This document shows positions 59,357 to 64,000 of a stretch of 64,000 nucleotides of DNA, one piece after another. Made by a program: the position numbers and the translations under genes. This DNA is from Candidatus Omnitrophota bacterium. GTDB taxonomy: Bacteria; Hinthialibacterota; Hinthialibacteria; Hinthialibacterales; Hinthialibacteraceae. The DNA is taken from NCBI GenBank assembly GCA_040755155.1, contig JBFMBP010000153.1, forward strand, positions 106,010 to 170,009. The letters run 5' to 3'. Below the pieces are notes generated by a model. The model had not been told where the DNA came from. It saw only the letters and a list, made by a program, of their open reading frames with translations, and made no database searches. How positions within the stretch are numbered: the first letter of the stretch is position 1; every line of letters begins with the position of its first letter.

Positions 59357-60332
59357 CTACCTCGCGGAAGGTTATAGCGAAGAAGAGACGGCGGAATTCG
59401 ACCGTCCCGAAACGATCGATGCGTTGGAGCGAACCCTTTGCGACTTGGGATTCGCGACGGACCGCATCGGCAATATACGCCGCCTCGCGGAACGGCTGGC
59501 GCGGGGAGACCGTTGGAATCTCGTCTTCAATATCGCGGAAGGAATGCGCGGCGTCGGACGGGAGGCGCAGGTTCCTTGTTTGCTGGAAGCCTACGACATT
59601 CCCTACACTTTTTCCGATCCTCTCGTCCTTTCGCTCACTCTTCACAAGGGAATGTGCAAGCAGGTCGTCCGAAGCCTTGGCATCCCCACTCCCGATTTCT
59701 GCGTCGTGGAGACGGAAGCGGATCTGGCTCGTGTGAATCTTCCCTACCCTCTGTTCGCAAAACCCATCGGCGAGGGTACAGGCAAAGGCATTGACCCGAC
59801 ATCCAAAATACGCTCCCCTCAAGAATTGCTCGCGGCGGGCCGACGCCTTCTCGCTCAATTCAACCAACCCGTCCTCGTAGAAACCTTTCTGCCGGGACGG
59901 GAATTTACCGTCGGCATTCTGGGCGCGGGAGAAGAAGCCCGCGCCGTCGGCGCTATGGAAATCCACCTGAAAGCCGAGGCGGAAAACGACGTCTATTCCT
60001 ATAAAAATAAAGAATACTGCGAAGAACTCGTGGACTACAGTTGGGCGGACGACGAAATGGCGAAGCAATGCCAAGAGATCGCTCTGCAAGCCTGGAGAGG
60101 TCTGGGTTGCCTCGACGGAGGGCGCGTCGATCTTCGCGCCGACGCCAACGGCGTCCCCAATTTTATGGAAGTCAATCCCCTGGCCGGGCTGCATCCCGAA
60201 CATTCCGATCTTCCAATCCTCTGCGCGAAAGCGGGAATAACCTACCAGAAGCTGATCGGGACGATCGTCCAGTCCGCCTGGAAACGAGCCCTTGCCGCCC
60301 GCCCCGCTCATCGCATTGAAATCGCATCGTGA
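59322..60332 (+). CDS. ATP-grasp enzyme, D-alanine--D-alanine ligase-like (paralog 1)
   Basis: Start at MKIGITYDL (GGGAG RBS). Ddl-like N-domain. ATP-grasp central and C-terminal regions (..PLFAKPIGEGTGKGI.., ..VLVETFLPGREFTVGIL.., ..GRVDLRADANGVPNFMEVNPLAG). Overlaps the YkgJ-like gene by 35 nt. Confidence 0.75.
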   Translation: MKIGITYDLRDDYLAEGYSEEETAEFDRPETIDALERTLCDLGFATDRIGNIRRLAERLARGDRWNLVFNIAEGMRGVGREAQVPCLLEAYDIPYTFSDPLVLSLTLHKGMCKQVVRSLGIPTPDFCVVETEADLARVNLPYPLFAKPIGEGTGKGIDPTSKIRSPQELLAAGRRLLAQFNQPVLVETFLPGREFTVGILGAGEEARAVGAMEIHLKAEAENDVYSYKNKEYCEELVDYSWADDEMAKQCQEIALQAWRGLGCLDGGRVDLRADANGVPNFMEVNPLAGLHPEHSDLPILCAKAGITYQKLIGTIVQSAWKRALAARPAHRIEIAS

Positions 60333-60607
60333 ATAGAAAGCGGAAAATGCGTTTAGTTTCTTTTACTAATCACTCGCGGGCGCCAAGGGTAAAATGCTGT
60401 TTATTTTACCCTTAAAAAAAACTTGTGCATTTGAACAAAAAATGCATCCAAAAAAAAGACTGGGCTATTTCCAAATGCCCCTTTAAAGGGGCTAACGATA
60501 CTAGCCCGCCGTTTCAACGGCGGGACGGCTGTAATCGCCGAGAGCCTTTCCGCGGTAGGGAGGCTTGTCGCAAATCGCTGTTTTTAGGATGAATCCTGTC
60601 GCGAACG

Positions 60608-61618
60608 ATGATAAAAAAAATCGCTGTCGTGCATAGCCAAGTTTCCGATAATCCCAGCTTGGACGATTTGGATACGATAGAACAAGCCCGGATTGTTTCG
60701 CAAACATTGCGGGAAATGGGATACGAAGTTTCCATTCTGCCTTTCGTCAATCGTTTCGAAATTCTTTCGGAACAACTGCAAGCCATAGCGCCGGACCTCA
60801 TTTTCAATCTCGTCGAATCCATCGACGGCCAAAGCCGCTCGATTCACGCCGCTCCCGCCATGTTCGAAGCCTTGAAACGTCCCTATACGGGATCGGGCGC
60901 AGAAGCCATCCGCGACACGACGAATAAACTAAAGGCGAAGCAACGTCTGCAATCTCGCGGCGTCCATACTCCCGCTTGGATTCCTTTGAAAGGCTTCCGG
61001 ACGAATATCGCGCGCCCCAGACATACCTATATCATCAAATCCGTCTGGGAACACGCTTCCATCGGTCTGGATGAAGATTCCATCCTCGCGCCGGAAACGC
61101 CCGAACAACTGTTGCGGGAAATGGAGCGCCGGGCGCCGAGCCTGGGAGGCGATTGCTTCGCCGAAGAATTCATCGAAGGACGGGAATTCAACCTCTCTCT
61201 TCTCGCTGCGAAGGACGGAGCGCAAGTATTGCCCCCGGCGGAAATCTCGTTCGACGATTATCCCGAAGGCAAGCGGCGCGTAGTCGGTTACCGCGCCAAG
61301 TGGGAGGCGGATTCGTTCGAATACCACCATACGCCCCGGCGCTTCGATTTTCCCGCCTCGGATCAAGCCTTGCTAAATAAACTTAGTTCCATCGCCATGC
61401 AATGTTGGAAGATTTTTAGCTTGCGCGGCTACGCCCGCGTCGATTTCCGCGTCGATCCCTCCGGAAAACCTTGGGTGTTGGAAATCAACGCCAATCCTTG
61501 TCTTTCGCCCGACGGCGGTTTTGCGGCGGCCATCGAACGCGGCGGATTGTCTTTTCGACATGCCATTCAAAGCATCATCGACGGCGCCGTTTACGATATT
61601 AATCTTACATATATATAG
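60608..61618 (+). CDS. ATP-grasp enzyme, D-alanine--D-alanine ligase-like (paralog 2)
   Basis: MIKKIAVVHSQ.. N-domain. ..YIIKSVWEHASIGL.., ..EEFIEGREFNLSLL.., ..GYARVDFRVDPSGKPWVLEINANPCLSPDG. 336 aa. Confidence 0.75.
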   Translation: MIKKIAVVHSQVSDNPSLDDLDTIEQARIVSQTLREMGYEVSILPFVNRFEILSEQLQAIAPDLIFNLVESIDGQSRSIHAAPAMFEALKRPYTGSGAEAIRDTTNKLKAKQRLQSRGVHTPAWIPLKGFRTNIARPRHTYIIKSVWEHASIGLDEDSILAPETPEQLLREMERRAPSLGGDCFAEEFIEGREFNLSLLAAKDGAQVLPPAEISFDDYPEGKRRVVGYRAKWEADSFEYHHTPRRFDFPASDQALLNKLSSIAMQCWKIFSLRGYARVDFRVDPSGKPWVLEINANPCLSPDGGFAAAIERGGLSFRHAIQSIIDGAVYDINLTYI

Positions 61619-61627
61619 GGAAAAGAA

Positions 61628-62155
61628 ATGAACGAATCCAAACAAAACAACAATACCACCCGTCAAACGATCCTGGCCGCCCTTTCCTACCGGGAAACCG
61701 TAAATCCAGACGATGCGGATAACGTCGGAAACATCGTGAAATCGACGGGCTTCTTTGCCGAGGACGAAATCCTCATCGCCGTCGAACTTGTCCAGGAAAG
61801 GTTGGAGAAGGGATTGCCGAGCGGCTACCATTTTCTCTTCGCCGATCTCAATGGCCGCACAGTGGGCTATACCTGTTTCGGCCCCATCCCCGCCACATCT
61901 TGCAGCTACGATCTGTATTGGATCGCTGTGCATGACGAATTCCGGGGCATGGGAATCGGTAAAGAACTTTTAAAGCGGACGGAACCGCTGATCGCCAAAT
62001 TGGGCGGCCGCCGGATATATATAGAGACATCATCCCGCGATTTATACGAGCCGACTCGCGCGTTTTATTTGAAATGCGGCTATATCCAAGAGGCGTTCCT
62101 GACCGACTTCTATCACCCCGGCGATTCTAAGGTCATCTACGTCAAAACCGTATAA
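61628..62155 (+). CDS. GNAT-family N-acetyltransferase
   Basis: ..YDLYWIAVHDEFRGMGIGKELLKRTEPLIAKLGGRRIYIETSS.. shows the acetyl-CoA-binding R/Q-x-x-G-x-G/A motif. 175 aa. 9-nt gap after ATP-grasp 2. Confidence 0.8.
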   Translation: MNESKQNNNTTRQTILAALSYRETVNPDDADNVGNIVKSTGFFAEDEILIAVELVQERLEKGLPSGYHFLFADLNGRTVGYTCFGPIPATSCSYDLYWIAVHDEFRGMGIGKELLKRTEPLIAKLGGRRIYIETSSRDLYEPTRAFYLKCGYIQEAFLTDFYHPGDSKVIYVKTV

Positions 62156-62230
62156 CATCGCATAGTGGAGGGAGAATTGCGGATTGCGCTTAGCATGGAC
62201 TCCACCCTACGCCAATGTCTCTCGGCGGAG

Positions 62231-63970
62231 TCAACGCCGCTCGACAAGTTTTTTCAATCCTAAATAATCGTGAATAGCGAATCCTGCGAAGGAAGGATAG
62301 GCTCGCAGTTCGGGCAAAGATTCCTCCATCGCTCTCCATAGCGAATCGCATCCCAGCCGATAGAAACTCAATTGATCGCCCGATACGATGACGGCGCTGT
62401 CTATAGGCCAATATTGGAACGTGGCGGATTGCATTCCATCTTCCAAAATACGCCGTTTAAACGCTTCGAACTGGTTCGGCGGCAATAAATAAATCTTCGT
62501 TTTCCCTTCGCGGGACGCCGCGATCAAGAAACGATCCGCCGGCGAGAGAGAAGGCAAACCCGGCCGGCAACGGCTGCGAAAAGAATACACCGTCTCGTCC
62601 GGCAATTTTGCGGTTTCCAAACCTATGACGATGGATTTCCCCCATTTCGCCGCATAGCCGAGCATACCGGCGGCAAGGTGGGTGACGCTGGATAATTTCG
62701 TCCGGTAATTCATTGCTACAACCCCATCCGCGATGTCGATAACATGCTGCGCCGCCGTCTTGCGTTCGCCGCGAAAATCGACGAACAACGGCTCCCCCGT
62801 CCATTCGTCCACGGCGTCATACCAAGAAGGGATATCCACGCCGACATACAAACGATTTCCCTGCGCGCGTTCCGCGCCTTCCGCCAAGGACTCCAAAAAA
62901 TTTCGTAAAAACTCTTCCTGCCGCGCGCTGTTGAATCCGGGGAGCGCATGCGGTTCGACATCGAAGTGAACGCCGTAAAACCGCATCCCCGCTTTCGCCA
63001 TCCGATTGAATCGTATCGCATTATCCACCCGCCGAAGCCAGAGGCTGCGCTGCTCGGGAAGAATAAAATGCGGATCGCCGTCGAGAGCGTGAACGCGAAT
63101 CCCTCTCTCGGAAATTCTTCCAATCCATTCCGCGAGTTTTTGCAGATCGGAATTCCACCCCGCCGCCGTCGCCCAATCGATCAAACAGGGGGGGATTTGC
63201 AAATAAACATGTTGAATATCGCGCTGCGCCAAAAAATCGGCGAATTCGTCCCGCCGCGCTTCGTCCGCCAGCAAATCGCGAGTATTCCACGCCCAGATGG
63301 CCTTTTCGATAGTCCGCGCTTCGCCTGAAGACTTCGATAATGGGGGCAAGGAGGGCAAATTCCGGCGATCCGCGCCGAAAGCCAGCGATTTCAATTCGAT
63401 TCGTCCCGCCCCCGCACCGGCGGCTTCCAAAACAACGACGGCCAATTGATCGCGCCGAATCCGCGCTGGGAATTTTTCTATGGGAACCACGGCTTGTTGC
63501 CAATAGGATTCGATGCGTCCGGAAGGTAAAAATTGGCCGGCCTCTCCTATAGGAAGCGAATCTTCCTTCTTGAGGAACTCGGCGTCGGCGATCCTAAGCA
63601 GAATCTTTTCGCCTCCATTTCCGCCCCTAATCCAAAAGGACATAAAAGCCAACGGTTTGGCGTCGAAAAAAATTCGCTGCGCCTCCGCCGCTTTGGAATC
63701 GAAAAGATGAATCCATAAACCGCAATACGAGTTCTCTTTTTTGTCATACGCCATCGACAAGGCGCGGCGGCCATCGGAAGTCGACTCTAGAGAAGCGGTT
63801 GCGGAAGAAGGATGGCGCTGAAACGCATTGAAGACGCCGCCCAACCGATTCGCCGATACATCATCGAAGAGAGATACAACGAAATGCGATTCCGTACTCG
63901 ATGGAACACGGCGAGCGTTCGCCGGGATCGCACCCTTTACCACCGGTTTACTCAGCCGATACGCATTCAA
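62231..63970 (-). CDS. Hypothetical protein, possibly a TIM-barrel glycoside-hydrolase-like (GHL10/DUF4015-like) enzyme; the 5' end may extend beyond the window
   Basis: 579-aa ORF. Central region with alternating beta/alpha pattern (..HVYLQIPPCLIDW.., ..GIRVHALDGDPHFIL.., ..FYGVHFDVEPH.., ..YVGVDIPSWYD.., ..VVAMNYR). Only 30 nt remain upstream inside the window. Confidence 0.35.
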   Translation of the reverse strand: MNAYRLSKPVVKGAIPANARRVPSSTESHFVVSLFDDVSANRLGGVFNAFQRHPSSATASLESTSDGRRALSMAYDKKENSYCGLWIHLFDSKAAEAQRIFFDAKPLAFMSFWIRGGNGGEKILLRIADAEFLKKEDSLPIGEAGQFLPSGRIESYWQQAVVPIEKFPARIRRDQLAVVVLEAAGAGAGRIELKSLAFGADRRNLPSLPPLSKSSGEARTIEKAIWAWNTRDLLADEARRDEFADFLAQRDIQHVYLQIPPCLIDWATAAGWNSDLQKLAEWIGRISERGIRVHALDGDPHFILPEQRSLWLRRVDNAIRFNRMAKAGMRFYGVHFDVEPHALPGFNSARQEEFLRNFLESLAEGAERAQGNRLYVGVDIPSWYDAVDEWTGEPLFVDFRGERKTAAQHVIDIADGVVAMNYRTKLSSVTHLAAGMLGYAAKWGKSIVIGLETAKLPDETVYSFRSRCRPGLPSLSPADRFLIAASREGKTKIYLLPPNQFEAFKRRILEDGMQSATFQYWPIDSAVIVSGDQLSFYRLGCDSLWRAMEESLPELRAYPSFAGFAIHDYLGLKKLVERR

Positions 63971-64000
63971 AATATCTCCGCCTTCGCCGCGAGCGACTCC

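Noticed and set aside
59262-60311. 349-aa antisense ORF covering ATP-grasp 1
   Set aside because: The sense frame carries clear ATP-grasp/Ddl motifs. The antisense product has no features.

Overview
This 64-kb window looks like moderately GC-rich bacterial chromosome (~50-55% GC by eye). Three segments depart from that: the three giant genes at 6.6-15.7 kb (roughly 43-45% GC), a ~1.8-kb umuDC island (roughly 65-70%), and several ORF-free intergenic regions packed with small repeat families. Many prepilin-type N-terminal proteins, ECF sigma/anti-sigma modules, an FG-GAP protein and FGE-sulfatase-domain proteins are consistent with a PVC-superphylum-like or related environmental lineage, but I cannot confirm the phylum from sequence alone.

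Ordered content:
- MBOAT/AlgJ-like polysaccharide O-acetylation pair (window starts inside the MBOAT gene).
- SNF2-family helicase with a SWIM zinc-finger partner.
- Three tandem paralogous genes for secreted proteins with four to six FN3-like modules and a C-terminal FGE-sulfatase domain.
- umuDC preceded by an SOS-box-like promoter.
- hicB then hicA (reversed order, TTG start on hicA).
- TPR protein translationally coupled to a divergent pilin-like gene.
- Tandem-domain universal stress protein.
- PilZ-like/STAS/pseudo-REC protein coupled to a stand-alone STAS protein.
- dsbD.
- ECF sigma, anti-sigma and a Met/Gly-rich periplasmic protein in one operon.
- MFS transporter.
- secG-pgk-gap with no tpiA.
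- GAF/sigma-54 activator divergent from a sulfate-uptake operon (sbp, porin, cysT, cysW, cysA).
- asnB.
- Pilin-like protein and an FG-GAP protein.
- Second ECF sigma / FecR anti-sigma / pilin-like operon.
- 7TM sensor histidine kinase with no adjacent response regulator.
- PNPOx-like protein.
- kamA-like lysine 2,3-aminomutase, a YkgJ-type Cys-cluster protein, two ATP-grasp ligases and a GNAT acetyltransferase.

The most interesting candidates for undescribed biology are the kamA/ATP-grasp/GNAT cluster (a possible acylated beta-lysine peptide or solute pathway), the tandem FN3/FGE-domain giant proteins, the sigma-54/GAF-controlled sulfate uptake locus with its own porin, and the set of MITE-like and structured intergenic repeats. 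I found no rRNA, tRNA or CRISPR array.
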